Origin: Candidatus Collierbacteria bacterium RIFOXYD2_FULL_45_13 | Lineage (GTDB): Bacteria > Patescibacteriota > Microgenomatia > UBA1400 > MFAQ01 | Reading direction: 5' to 3' | DNA length: 64,000 bases | Assembly (NCBI GenBank): GCA_001774685.1 | Contig: MFAS01000001.1 | Location: 479,557 to 543,556 of the forward strand | In this document: positions 38,795 to 47,582 of the stretch, in pieces | Layout: each line of letters opens with the position of its first letter | How positions within the stretch are numbered: position 1 is the stretch's first letter | Notes under the pieces: model-generated | The model's database searches: none | The model's input: the letters and a program-made list of their open reading frames with translations, nothing else | What the model was told of the DNA's origin: nothing | Translations under genes and position numbers: made by a program

Positions 38795-40407
38795 GCCTCC
38801 TGGTTTTGTTAGTCTTAGCCGTTATTTTAGCCTCTCCTTTACTGGTTAGCTCGGTCCGTCCCGATGGTTCCATGCTCATCAATGGTAGTGGCGATAATTT
38901 GTGGCATCTTAGTTTGTCGGCCGAGGTCACCAAACAATTTCCACCCACCTTCCCCGGCATGAGTGGAGTAACTCTCCAAAACTATCATTACTTTAGCGAT
39001 GCTCTTTGGGGTATTTTAGGTGGCCTTACCGGTTTACCGATTCCTGTCATTTATTTTCAGGTTGGATCACTGCTCGTTTGTTTTTTACTGGTTTGGCTTG
39101 TTTTTAAGTTAGCCAAAGTGTATTCTCTAAATGATTTTTGGTCCATAGTTTGTGTGATTACCACTTTATTTGTCGGTTCGGCTGCCTTCATCAAGCCTCT
39201 CTTCATTAAGGATACGGCTTGGAGCGGAAACGCTTTTATGCTGGATCAGCCGTATGACCAGCTTATCAATTTGCACACCGGCATAGGTTATATCTTGTTA
39301 ATCTTAGGTACTCTATTCATGTTTAAGTGGTTCTCCACTAGATCAGTCAAGTTTGGATACCTGGCAGCTGCGGTTCTCTCTCTCCTTTTCGGTTTCAAAA
39401 TCTTTTTTGCCATTCCCATCGCGCTCGCTTTTGGAGTTACCTGTTTACTTCAGGTCAAGAGAAGTAGTTTTAGCAGTCTACTTCCGGCGTTATTGCTTTT
39501 TGTGCTCTCTACACTAATTTATTATCTGATTGTAGACACTACCGGCCCAGTACACTCCCCACCGATCTCATTTAGACCAGGGTGGCTTTTGACCAAGATG
39601 GTGGAGGATCCCGAGAGATTTAGTCTGGAAGGTTTCTATCTTAAATATCTTCATTACCAATCAAAAGGTAACTGGTTCAGAATTACCCAAATGGAAATCG
39701 AAAAAATTATTATTTATCTTTTGGGGAACTTTTGGGTCAAGTTGCTGGGTTTATTATATTTAGTCAAAACGTTCCGGAAACATATCTCGGCAAATATCTT
39801 TATTTCTCTAAGTATTCTATTTTCATTATCTATGCCACTCTTCATTACTCCTCAACCAGATCCTTTTAACGCCGTTCAGTTTGGTCAAGTAGCTGTCCTC
39901 TTCACGGGTTTTTCTCTTGGACTATTTCTATCTTCAGTTAATAAAGGGAAACTGCTGCTTTTATTACTTGCGCCAGTATTTATCTTCAGTCTCAGTAAAG
40001 ATTTTTTTAACTCCAACAAGTTTCACGAATACGTTATCACCAAGGATGAATACTCGGCTTTGCGGTACTTAAAAGAGAACACGGATAGATACTCGGTTGT
40101 CATGGTTGACCCGGTATTTGACAACAAAAAAATGAAAGTCACCGCTCTGGCTGAAAGACGAACCTTTTATTCCGGAGGCAATATAGCCTGGCTCTTAGGA
40201 GCTTATGATAGCCAGCGCGGGAGCATTCAGGAGTTATTCTTTGCCTCCGCTTCCGATAGTGCTTACATCAAGGGCATTGTGAACCAATATGGAATCAACT
40301 ATATTTACACCTCTACAGCGCCCAAATTCGGAAACACCGATTACCCGCTTGTTTTTTCAAACCCCACCGTTTCCATTTTTCAGACAGAAACTTCCTATTT
40401 AGACTAG
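38773..40407 (+). CDS. GT-C membrane glycosyltransferase, paralog of the C-terminal half of 31979-35041
   Basis: GDNLWHLSL, NYHYFSD, LLGNFWVKLLG, FNAVQF, ALAERRTF, YGINYIY. Confidence 0.72.
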   Translation: MGKTKKVSLLVLLVLAVILASPLLVSSVRPDGSMLINGSGDNLWHLSLSAEVTKQFPPTFPGMSGVTLQNYHYFSDALWGILGGLTGLPIPVIYFQVGSLLVCFLLVWLVFKLAKVYSLNDFWSIVCVITTLFVGSAAFIKPLFIKDTAWSGNAFMLDQPYDQLINLHTGIGYILLILGTLFMFKWFSTRSVKFGYLAAAVLSLLFGFKIFFAIPIALAFGVTCLLQVKRSSFSSLLPALLLFVLSTLIYYLIVDTTGPVHSPPISFRPGWLLTKMVEDPERFSLEGFYLKYLHYQSKGNWFRITQMEIEKIIIYLLGNFWVKLLGLLYLVKTFRKHISANIFISLSILFSLSMPLFITPQPDPFNAVQFGQVAVLFTGFSLGLFLSSVNKGKLLLLLLAPVFIFSLSKDFFNSNKFHEYVITKDEYSALRYLKENTDRYSVVMVDPVFDNKKMKVTALAERRTFYSGGNIAWLLGAYDSQRGSIQELFFASASDSAYIKGIVNQYGINYIYTSTAPKFGNTDYPLVFSNPTVSIFQTETSYLD

Positions 40408-40420
40408 AATATACATACCT

Positions 40421-41488
40421 GTGATGAAAAAAGCCTTAATATTTGATCCATATCTGGACACGCTCGGAGGAGGTGAGCGCTATGTCCTTACCTTTGCTCT
40501 TGGGCTTATCAAAAATAACTACGCCGTCACTCTCGCTTGGCCGGATAGAAAAGAACTGGATCTGGCACAGACCCGTTTTGGTCTGGATCTATCCCCAGTC
40601 GCCATTGACTCGGAAGCTTATGGACTATGCAGTCAAAAAACAGCTTATGCTGAGAGACTCAAGTTCACCAAGGACTACGATCTAATTTTCTGGGTCAGCG
40701 ATGGTAGCTTGCCTTTTTTATTCTCCAAAAATAATCTGATTCATCTCCAAGTTCCTTTTAAAAAGTTGGGAGGCAACTCTACTATCAACAACTTGAAAAC
40801 CGTCTTTATCAAGAAATTTGTTTACAACTCGAACTTCACCAGAAACGTACTTGAAAAAAATCTACAGAAAGACAAAGGCTTTGTGCTCTATCCCCCGATT
40901 GACACCAATGGCTTTGTCCCCGGTAAAAAGGAAAATATAATTCTCTCCGTTGCCCGGTTTGATTCACCGTCCCACAGTAAACGACAGGATATCTTGGTTG
41001 AGGCCTTTAGAGCTCTTTCGGAAAAGGTAAAAGGCTACACCCTGGTCCTGGCTGGTGGCTTAAAAGGGGACGAGATTCTCATGCAAAAACTAAGGACTTC
41101 TGCAAAGGGTTTAGCTGTAGAATTTCTCATCAATCCGGACTTCAATGAACTAAAGAAACTTTATTCCCAAGCCAAGTTCTTTTGGCACGCCGCGGGTTTT
41201 GGGATCAACGAACAAACAGACCCGGAAAAGGTTGAACATTTTGGCATGACTACTGTCGAGGCTATGGCTTCCGACTGTATTCCTGTGGTCATAAATAAAG
41301 GTGGTCAGAAAGAAATCATTACTGCAGGAACCGGCTATTTAGTTGAGGATAGCGACGAAATGGCGGAAAAAACGTTCGAACTAATAGGGAACCCGAAGGC
41401 TCTTACGAAAATGTCCAAAGCCGCCATCGACCGGTCTCAATTTTTTTCTATGGGTAATTTTTTTGAAAAAATAAAATTATTGTTATAA
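40421..41488 (+). CDS. GT4 glycosyltransferase
   Basis: GGGERY, YPPID, KRQD, EHFGMTTVEAMAS. Confidence 0.92.
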   Translation: MMKKALIFDPYLDTLGGGERYVLTFALGLIKNNYAVTLAWPDRKELDLAQTRFGLDLSPVAIDSEAYGLCSQKTAYAERLKFTKDYDLIFWVSDGSLPFLFSKNNLIHLQVPFKKLGGNSTINNLKTVFIKKFVYNSNFTRNVLEKNLQKDKGFVLYPPIDTNGFVPGKKENIILSVARFDSPSHSKRQDILVEAFRALSEKVKGYTLVLAGGLKGDEILMQKLRTSAKGLAVEFLINPDFNELKKLYSQAKFFWHAAGFGINEQTDPEKVEHFGMTTVEAMASDCIPVVINKGGQKEIITAGTGYLVEDSDEMAEKTFELIGNPKALTKMSKAAIDRSQFFSMGNFFEKIKLLL

Positions 41489-41492
41489 AAAG

Positions 41493-43157
41493 ATGCTCAG
41501 TCTTTTGAAGAAACACTGGTCCTTAATTTTCCTGTTGGTTATCCTCACCGCTAGCTCAGTCCTCAAGGTGCTGGAGGTTAGTCGCTATAATTTTCCTTTT
41601 ACCACCGACCAGGGCCGAGACATGGTGGATATGCGCCACATGGTCGTCACTCACACCCCTCGTTTGGTCGGTCCCACTACCAGTATCAATGGCGTCCTTC
41701 TGGGACCATTCTGGTATTACTTCAATATAATTCCTTTTGTTACCGGGGGAGGCGATCCGTCGTACATAGTCTACTGGCAGATACTCTGGTATCAGCTTTC
41801 GGTAGTTGCTTTATGGTATGTCTTGAAGAAGAACCACCCCTCACTGGCGATCTTAGTCTCTGTTTTACTACTTCTAATGCCCACTGGCTTTAACACCGCC
41901 AGATATTTTTGGAACGCCAACTCAATGGTCTTTTTTACTATTTTTTATTTTGCTTCCTTTCTTTGGTCTTTGGTTGCTTACAAATCCGAAACACTCCACG
42001 CGTCATTGCGAGGAGGTATTCCGACGTGGCAATCTCACACCACGAAGTTATTCATGCTCGGTCTTATCTCCGGCTTGGCCATGCAGATCGAAGCAGCCTT
42101 CGGCATTCTTTTCTTCCCCTTCGCCTTTCTCTATTTTGTGATCTCCTCGTGGCCGCGCGGCATGGCATGGTGGAAATCCATCAAAATTATTTTCAAACAA
42201 ACTCTCCCCTTGGTTGCCGGCTTTGGCCTTACACTACTTCCACAAATCCTCTTCGAACTCAAACACGGTTTTATCATGACAAAAATTCTCTTTGGAGAAT
42301 TTTCCGGCCAAGGCACTATGCTCGGAGAAAAAATTACTTTTGCCGAAAAATTGGCTCAGCGTTGGGAGCATTTTCAACTATTAATTCTCCGTTCCACCCA
42401 TCTGCCACCAAACTATGTTCCCTATTTATATCTTTCTGCCTTAGCTTTATTCTTATATCTCTATGTCACCTCCAAAAAATCAAAGTCAGAGGCTATCAAG
42501 CTTTGGTGTATTTCTTATTGGTTCATCTTATTTGCCGCTGTGTTTTATCTTCTCTTTCCTCAGAAGCTCAAGGAGTGGTATACCCTTGGACTTTCAGTTC
42601 CACTGGTGTTATTTCTTGGGTGCCTTCTGAGCTACCTTTGGGAGAGAAAATCCGTCATTCTCAAGACATTAATAATTGTTCTCATGAGTATGACGGTTTA
42701 TTACTCGCTTAAGTCTCAGTGGGACTACACCCGCGACGTTGCCTTCAAGCCTTCAGATGACCGTAGTAATATGAGAAACGAAATTGCCGCCCTTGACTGG
42801 GTCTATCAAAACGCCGAAGGCCAAGGGTTTAAAGTCTATAGCTACCTACCCTCTGTCTATGACTATCCATACAATCATCTCTTCTGGTGGTACGGCAACC
42901 ACAAATATGGCTACGAGCCCGTCGAAACAGCTTATTTACCCGGTCAGCCGGAATATATTCGGGACGTTGATAAAATCTGGACCAACAAGAGAGAACTAGG
43001 TTCTCAAGAGTTAGTTTTTCTCATCATCGAAGAGGATATGGATATGCCCAAAAGGACAGAAGCTTGGTTAGGAAACTTTTCGAAGCTCTGCCTACTCAAA
43101 GAGCAAGTTTTTCCCTGGCACGCCTCAGTCCGCCTGCTGTCTCCGTGTTCTAAATAG
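41493..43157 (+). CDS. GT-C glycosyltransferase (ArnT-like)
   Basis: FTTDQGRD, LVGPTTS, GPFWYY, FWNAN; multi-TM; two short loop insertions. Confidence 0.82.
   Translation: MLSLLKKHWSLIFLLVILTASSVLKVLEVSRYNFPFTTDQGRDMVDMRHMVVTHTPRLVGPTTSINGVLLGPFWYYFNIIPFVTGGGDPSYIVYWQILWYQLSVVALWYVLKKNHPSLAILVSVLLLLMPTGFNTARYFWNANSMVFFTIFYFASFLWSLVAYKSETLHASLRGGIPTWQSHTTKLFMLGLISGLAMQIEAAFGILFFPFAFLYFVISSWPRGMAWWKSIKIIFKQTLPLVAGFGLTLLPQILFELKHGFIMTKILFGEFSGQGTMLGEKITFAEKLAQRWEHFQLLILRSTHLPPNYVPYLYLSALALFLYLYVTSKKSKSEAIKLWCISYWFILFAAVFYLLFPQKLKEWYTLGLSVPLVLFLGCLLSYLWERKSVILKTLIIVLMSMTVYYSLKSQWDYTRDVAFKPSDDRSNMRNEIAALDWVYQNAEGQGFKVYSYLPSVYDYPYNHLFWWYGNHKYGYEPVETAYLPGQPEYIRDVDKIWTNKRELGSQELVFLIIEEDMDMPKRTEAWLGNFSKLCLLKEQVFPWHASVRLLSPCSK
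42002..42036 (+). repeat. REP/RPE-like element half inserted in frame
   Basis: GTCATTGCGAGGAGGTATTCCGACGTGGCAATCTC matches, from memory, the GTCATTGCGAG...CGACG[TA]GGCAATCT repeat family; encodes SLRGGIPTWQS in an inter-TM loop. Confidence 0.7.
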
Positions 43158-45380
43158 TGCTATCAAAGTAAGAAAGGCGCTAACTATGCTTATCTTTAAC
43201 CCCAGCCAAAAGCTGGCTGGCTGATAGTCAAAAACCACCTCTCCACTTTCATCTGTCAAATTAAGGCAACGAAAAATACTGTTACATTTTTCAATGTTTA
43301 CTTCTTTATTGTTTACAAAAGCTTTCCAGTCCGGGTACCAGGTGTCAGCTAACAACAGCGTTTTATTGGCGCCATCACTGTAGGTAATCTTTATCGTATT
43401 CGGGGTATAGGAGGTGATCTTTATTTCTCCGTCTTCATCACCCACATATCTGGCCCTGGGTTGGTAATCCAAGTTCTCCAGTACGGCCGTGGCTTCCGAT
43501 TCGTAAACCTTTTTCCATCTTTTTTGGTCAATAGAGTAGGTAATGTTGTTGCCTCCCAATTTACCCACAGAATCCCTTTTAACGGCCAGCAGATATTTAA
43601 CGTTAAAGTTACCCAGTGCTTTCGAGTCATATCTTTCCAGTTCCGAATATCTTCCAACCTGTCCACTCAGATTGCCATTTATTTCCTCCTGATAGGCCTT
43701 AGCGTAGTCCTTAATCGCCATTGGGTCATATCCAGATGGACTCATGAAACGGTACTGCATCCAGGTCGCCGGTGGCATAACCTCCGCTCTTTCTCGATCA
43801 ATTCTGAAGACTTCTGTTTTGGCTTTCTCTTTCAAAAAGGTGATTACCGGGGTATCGGGGTAGACGATTCTTTCCGGCACAAAAGGAATGTACTTCCAGC
43901 CAAATCGGAACATTTCCAAACAAATCACCACTATCAGCACACCGGTCAAGCCCTTCCATTTCTTTGTCAAAAGGAATATCAGTGAATAGAGACCGACAAA
44001 AGCACCGGGTAAAATCAGGTTCCTCATGGTTACGGCTCGTCTCTGGGCTAATAGCATATTGGGATTATTGGGCGACAGGAGTATCTCATCGGTAAAACGA
44101 GCTAAGTAATAAATGGTCACGTAGGCCACACTAAGCACCCCGACAGTGAAAACTATTTTCTTAAAGCTAATCTTTTCCAGGTTGGACAAAACAATTCCCG
44201 ATAAAACAGCCAAGCTCATGGAGAAGATCACTGCTATCCGGCCAGCAGCGCTGGTCGACAGCCCGGGTACGTTAAAGGTATAGACGGCCTTCCCGAGTGG
44301 TGTATCGAAGCCAAACAAAAAGGCGATGATTGCGGTCACCACGAAGAATCGGACATATTTATTGGATCTAAATAGAAAAAGAGACAGAACAAAACAGAAA
44401 ACCGCTAATACACCGGTATAAAAGATCGCTTCATGATAATTGAAGACTCCAAAAAAGTTTCCTGTAGCCGGGTTGCCAAAATAATCAGGCGCTATTAAGG
44501 TAGTTAAGTATTTTATGGGTAGCAAGCCGTAATTGTATCCAGAGATATAATTTTCGACCGATCTCAGGCCATATTTAGTTAGTTCCAGAGTCGGTAACAT
44601 TTGAAAGGCGGCCAACCCGAGCGTCAGTAGTCCGGGAATAATGGTCGCTAAGATCAGCTTAAAGTGCTTTTCCTCCAACCATTTCCAAACAAAATAGAAA
44701 ACCGTCAACACTGAGATGTAGACCATTATCTGGAAATGTCCTGAGGTAATCAGCAAAAAGAAGATAATCGGTAGGGAGAAAAGATAGTAAGTCTTTTTCG
44801 AATCGAAGAATTTTTCCAAAACAATAAATATTAATGGCATCCAGATCATGGCATGAGCCGCGGTTACAAACTGGGCCCAGCTGATGGCAAAGCCGGAATA
44901 AGCATATATTAGGCCACCTACCACCGCTCCAACAGTCTTTACTTTTATTTGACGGAGATATAAATACATGGTGATGGCAGTGGCAAACGCAGGCAGGACC
45001 ACCAAAAAGTCCCAGCCCTTAATATCTCCCAGCAGGAGGTACAGAAAGCCAAGTGGATAAAATGCACCTGAGTGAAAATTAGCCATCAAAGGGTAACCTG
45101 AATACGAGAACGGATTCCAAAGAGGGATCTGTAGATGTCTCCATGATTCGGCCACCAAACTTTTCCACATATAGAACTGTGAAAAGATATCCGATATCAG
45201 TGGGTTTTTTACCGGCACACCGGTGGGGAACCCCCATTTGTTTTCCAGCCAAGGCAGATAGGCCCCCACCATCAGGTCTCCGGGGAAGGGGACATCACCC
45301 CTAAAAAACACCTTCCAATAATAAACCAGACAAGCAACAGCAAATACCAAAAACGGCCAAAACTTTAATATCTTTTTCAT
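43125..45380 (-). CDS. YfhO-family GT-C membrane protein
   Basis: PLWNPFSYSGYP..AN..S..FYP, GHFQ, LPTLEL, YTG, SGYDPM, DTWYPDWKAFVN, YQPASF. Confidence 0.88.
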   Translation of the reverse strand: MKKILKFWPFLVFAVACLVYYWKVFFRGDVPFPGDLMVGAYLPWLENKWGFPTGVPVKNPLISDIFSQFYMWKSLVAESWRHLQIPLWNPFSYSGYPLMANFHSGAFYPLGFLYLLLGDIKGWDFLVVLPAFATAITMYLYLRQIKVKTVGAVVGGLIYAYSGFAISWAQFVTAAHAMIWMPLIFIVLEKFFDSKKTYYLFSLPIIFFLLITSGHFQIMVYISVLTVFYFVWKWLEEKHFKLILATIIPGLLTLGLAAFQMLPTLELTKYGLRSVENYISGYNYGLLPIKYLTTLIAPDYFGNPATGNFFGVFNYHEAIFYTGVLAVFCFVLSLFLFRSNKYVRFFVVTAIIAFLFGFDTPLGKAVYTFNVPGLSTSAAGRIAVIFSMSLAVLSGIVLSNLEKISFKKIVFTVGVLSVAYVTIYYLARFTDEILLSPNNPNMLLAQRRAVTMRNLILPGAFVGLYSLIFLLTKKWKGLTGVLIVVICLEMFRFGWKYIPFVPERIVYPDTPVITFLKEKAKTEVFRIDRERAEVMPPATWMQYRFMSPSGYDPMAIKDYAKAYQEEINGNLSGQVGRYSELERYDSKALGNFNVKYLLAVKRDSVGKLGGNNITYSIDQKRWKKVYESEATAVLENLDYQPRARYVGDEDGEIKITSYTPNTIKITYSDGANKTLLLADTWYPDWKAFVNNKEVNIEKCNSIFRCLNLTDESGEVVFDYQPASFWLGLKISIVSAFLTLIALFRTRRQQAD

Positions 45381-45444
45381 CTTTCACAATTATATCTCTT
45401 AGAATATTAGTCTAGTACCAATGTACCCTTTAACCGGTCTAAGC

Positions 45445-45473
45445 TTGCCACACTGATATAGAAGTTGTAAAGT
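45445..45473 (+). promoter_or_regulatory. Putative promoter of the DUF4256 gene
   Basis: TTGCCA-17 nt-TAAAGT, 9 nt before ATG 45483. Confidence 0.45.
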
Positions 45474-45482
45474 AAAAAAACC

Positions 45483-46043
45483 ATGTCTCACCCAACACTT
45501 TCTGCGGACCACCGCAAAGAACTACTCGGGATCCTGAAAACCCGTTTTGAAAAAAATCCAAAGCGTCACATGGGTATTGAATGGGAAAAAGTGCTAGGCA
45601 GGTTGGAAGCCAATGCCGAAAAGCTTTGGTCTCTAAATGAGATGGAGAGAACCGGCGGTGAGCCAGATGTTGCCGGGCAAGACGCAAAGACCGGCGATTA
45701 TCTTTTTTACGATTGTTCGGCCGAGTCGCCCAAAGATCGCCGAAATGTCTGTTATGACCATGATGCCCTGGAGGCAAGGAAAACCTTTAAGCCCAAAGAT
45801 AGTGCCACGAATATTGCTTCAGTGATGGGTATCGAACTTTTGACGGAATCGCAGTATCGGGAGTTACAGAAACTTGGAGCATTTGATACAAAAACTTCAA
45901 GCTGGTTAAAGACCCATGCCGATATCAGGAAGCTCGGTGGAGCTGTCTTTGGAGACCGTCGCTACGATACTGTCTTTGTGTATCACAACGGAGCAGAGTC
46001 TTACTATGGTTCAAGAGGTTTTCGTGGCTGTCTAAGAATTTGA
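45483..46043 (+). CDS. DUF4256-family protein
   Basis: LKTRFEKN..RH.GIEW, KLWSLNEMERTGGEPDV, DCSAESPK.RR..CYD, KTSSW, YHNGAESYY.SRGFRG. Confidence 0.85.
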   Translation: MSHPTLSADHRKELLGILKTRFEKNPKRHMGIEWEKVLGRLEANAEKLWSLNEMERTGGEPDVAGQDAKTGDYLFYDCSAESPKDRRNVCYDHDALEARKTFKPKDSATNIASVMGIELLTESQYRELQKLGAFDTKTSSWLKTHADIRKLGGAVFGDRRYDTVFVYHNGAESYYGSRGFRGCLRI

Positions 46044-46079
46044 TGGGCTCACTTTTGGTTCCACCTATCCCATAACAAA

Positions 46080-46133
46080 TTGACACTTGCCTTGTCTGGG
46101 TGTAAAATACGGCAAGCACAATAACATTGGAGG
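46080..46133 (+). promoter_or_regulatory. Canonical sigma70 promoter and Shine-Dalgarno of the TIR gene
   Basis: TTGACA (46080-85), 17 nt, TAAAAT (46103-08); GGAGG (46129-33) 7 nt before ATG; CTTGCC/GGCAAG inverted repeat flanks the -10. Confidence 0.8.
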
Positions 46134-46140
46134 TTAAAAT

Positions 46141-46644
46141 ATGAATATAGTTAGTAGTATCTCTCAGGCTCTTGGAGAGCTGAAGTTCCCCAAATGCAAG
46201 ATCTTTGTTCTTAACGCCTCTTCGGATGACAGACTCGCCTGGGAAATGATTGCGATGTTCCGTCGGCATGGCATTCTTTGCTGGGACAGTCAAAATTCCT
46301 TGATGCCTGGTAGCGACCGACATAATGAACAGGAAAAAGCCATGTACGAAGCCGATTTCATTGTTGCCATCTTTTCGCGAGGTTCTCAGAGTGCCGAAGG
46401 CAGATATGCCAAACTCTTGAAGGTTGCCTTCGATGCTCAGTTAGAGAAATTAGACGGCGGTATCAAACTGATTTCTATCCTGGTTGAGACATGCGATCTT
46501 CCGTATGAATATAAAAAGTATCTTCCGCTAGACATGTCAGAGCCAGACAGCGCAGAAAAAATAATCAGATCCTTTCAGTACGAGTATGCGCGCCGTACTC
46601 GGCTGAATATTAAACCCACCAAGCCTCAAGCCATCTGGCTGTAA
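46141..46644 (+). CDS. Standalone TIR-domain protein (TIR_2-like), probably lacking the catalytic Glu
   Basis: KIFVLNASSD, GILCWD..SLMPGSD, ADFIVAIFS, ISILVETCDLP, PLDM match the TIR fold pattern; GRYAKL where GYVQKE is expected. Confidence 0.8.
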   Translation: MNIVSSISQALGELKFPKCKIFVLNASSDDRLAWEMIAMFRRHGILCWDSQNSLMPGSDRHNEQEKAMYEADFIVAIFSRGSQSAEGRYAKLLKVAFDAQLEKLDGGIKLISILVETCDLPYEYKKYLPLDMSEPDSAEKIIRSFQYEYARRTRLNIKPTKPQAIWL

Positions 46645-46648
46645 CATC

Positions 46649-46679
46649 AAAAGTCCTCGATAAACGATCGGGGGCTTTT
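46649..46679 (+). terminator. Intrinsic terminator after the TIR gene
   Basis: AAAAGTCCTCGAT-aaacg-ATCGGGGGCTTTT hairpin with G-U pairs and T tract. Confidence 0.7.
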
Positions 46680-46706
46680 CTTATGTCCTGATATACTTTA
46701 GGCAGG

Positions 46707-47582
46707 ATGAAACCAACTGTCGATGTCATTATTCCCAGCTTCAACGGCAAGTATCTGCTGGAAAAACATCTCCCCAAGGTCATTCGATACACCGAATATC
46801 TTAATAAAGTGATCATTATCGAAAACGGGAGTACCGACGAGACTATCCCTTGGCTCCAAAAGAACTTTCCGGAGGTGGTTGTTGTCAAAAACAATTCCAA
46901 TCTCGGCTTTACTAAGCCGGTTAATCAGGGGGTTGCCGTTTCCAAATCAGACTACCTCATACTTCTAAATAACGATGTTGAGCCCAAAAAGGATTATCTA
47001 AAAAATATCTTTGACTACTTCAAAGACGAGATGGTTTTTGCCGTTTCCTTTAACGAAGACGGTTCCTCATGGCCATTGGTTTCCTGGCACGATGGCAAGC
47101 TTCAATTCATCAGAGGAGTGGACAAGGCTCAGCCAATGTATTCGGCTTGGGCCTCAGGCGGTAGTGGCATCTTTCGCCGGAGTATCTGGGACAAGTTGGG
47201 CGGACTAAACGAAATCTATGCACCTTTCTACTGGGAAGATATCGGTATTGGTTACCGGGCCTGGAAAATGGGTTACAAAATCATTTGGGACAACCGCTCT
47301 ATTGTGTATCATCAGCATGAATCCACCGCCAACAAAATCAACCAAAATTATGTCAAACTTATCAGGCAAAGAAACGAGCTCCTATTCAATTGGATAAATA
47401 TCACCGACAAAGACTTACTCAGATCTCATTTATACTTCCTCATTCGACATTCTTTAAGACATCCCCGCTACCTTCAGGTGATCTTCGCGGCCTTGTTTAG
47501 ACTGCCACAAAACCGACAAAGCAAAGATTTTGTCATATCTGACAGTGAAGTCTTAAGTAGAGTCAACAAAAAATATGAATAA
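46707..47582 (+). CDS. GT2 glycosyltransferase
   Basis: IPSFNG, ENGSTD, NLGF..PVNQG, LLNNDV, PFYWED. Confidence 0.9.
   Translation: MKPTVDVIIPSFNGKYLLEKHLPKVIRYTEYLNKVIIIENGSTDETIPWLQKNFPEVVVVKNNSNLGFTKPVNQGVAVSKSDYLILLNNDVEPKKDYLKNIFDYFKDEMVFAVSFNEDGSSWPLVSWHDGKLQFIRGVDKAQPMYSAWASGGSGIFRRSIWDKLGGLNEIYAPFYWEDIGIGYRAWKMGYKIIWDNRSIVYHQHESTANKINQNYVKLIRQRNELLFNWINITDKDLLRSHLYFLIRHSLRHPRYLQVIFAALFRLPQNRQSKDFVISDSEVLSRVNKKYE

Noticed and set aside
41909-42712. 267-aa alternative-frame ORF inside a GT-C gene
   Set aside because: Fully nested in a well-supported CDS, no recognisable motifs, TTG start; shadow ORF.
43461-43985. 174-aa + strand ORF
   Set aside because: Antisense to the YfhO gene; no protein-like features.
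45483-46644. Complete Thoeris or CBASS defence system
   Set aside because: No SIR2/Macro/SLOG effector or cyclase adjacent, and the TIR appears to lack the catalytic Glu.
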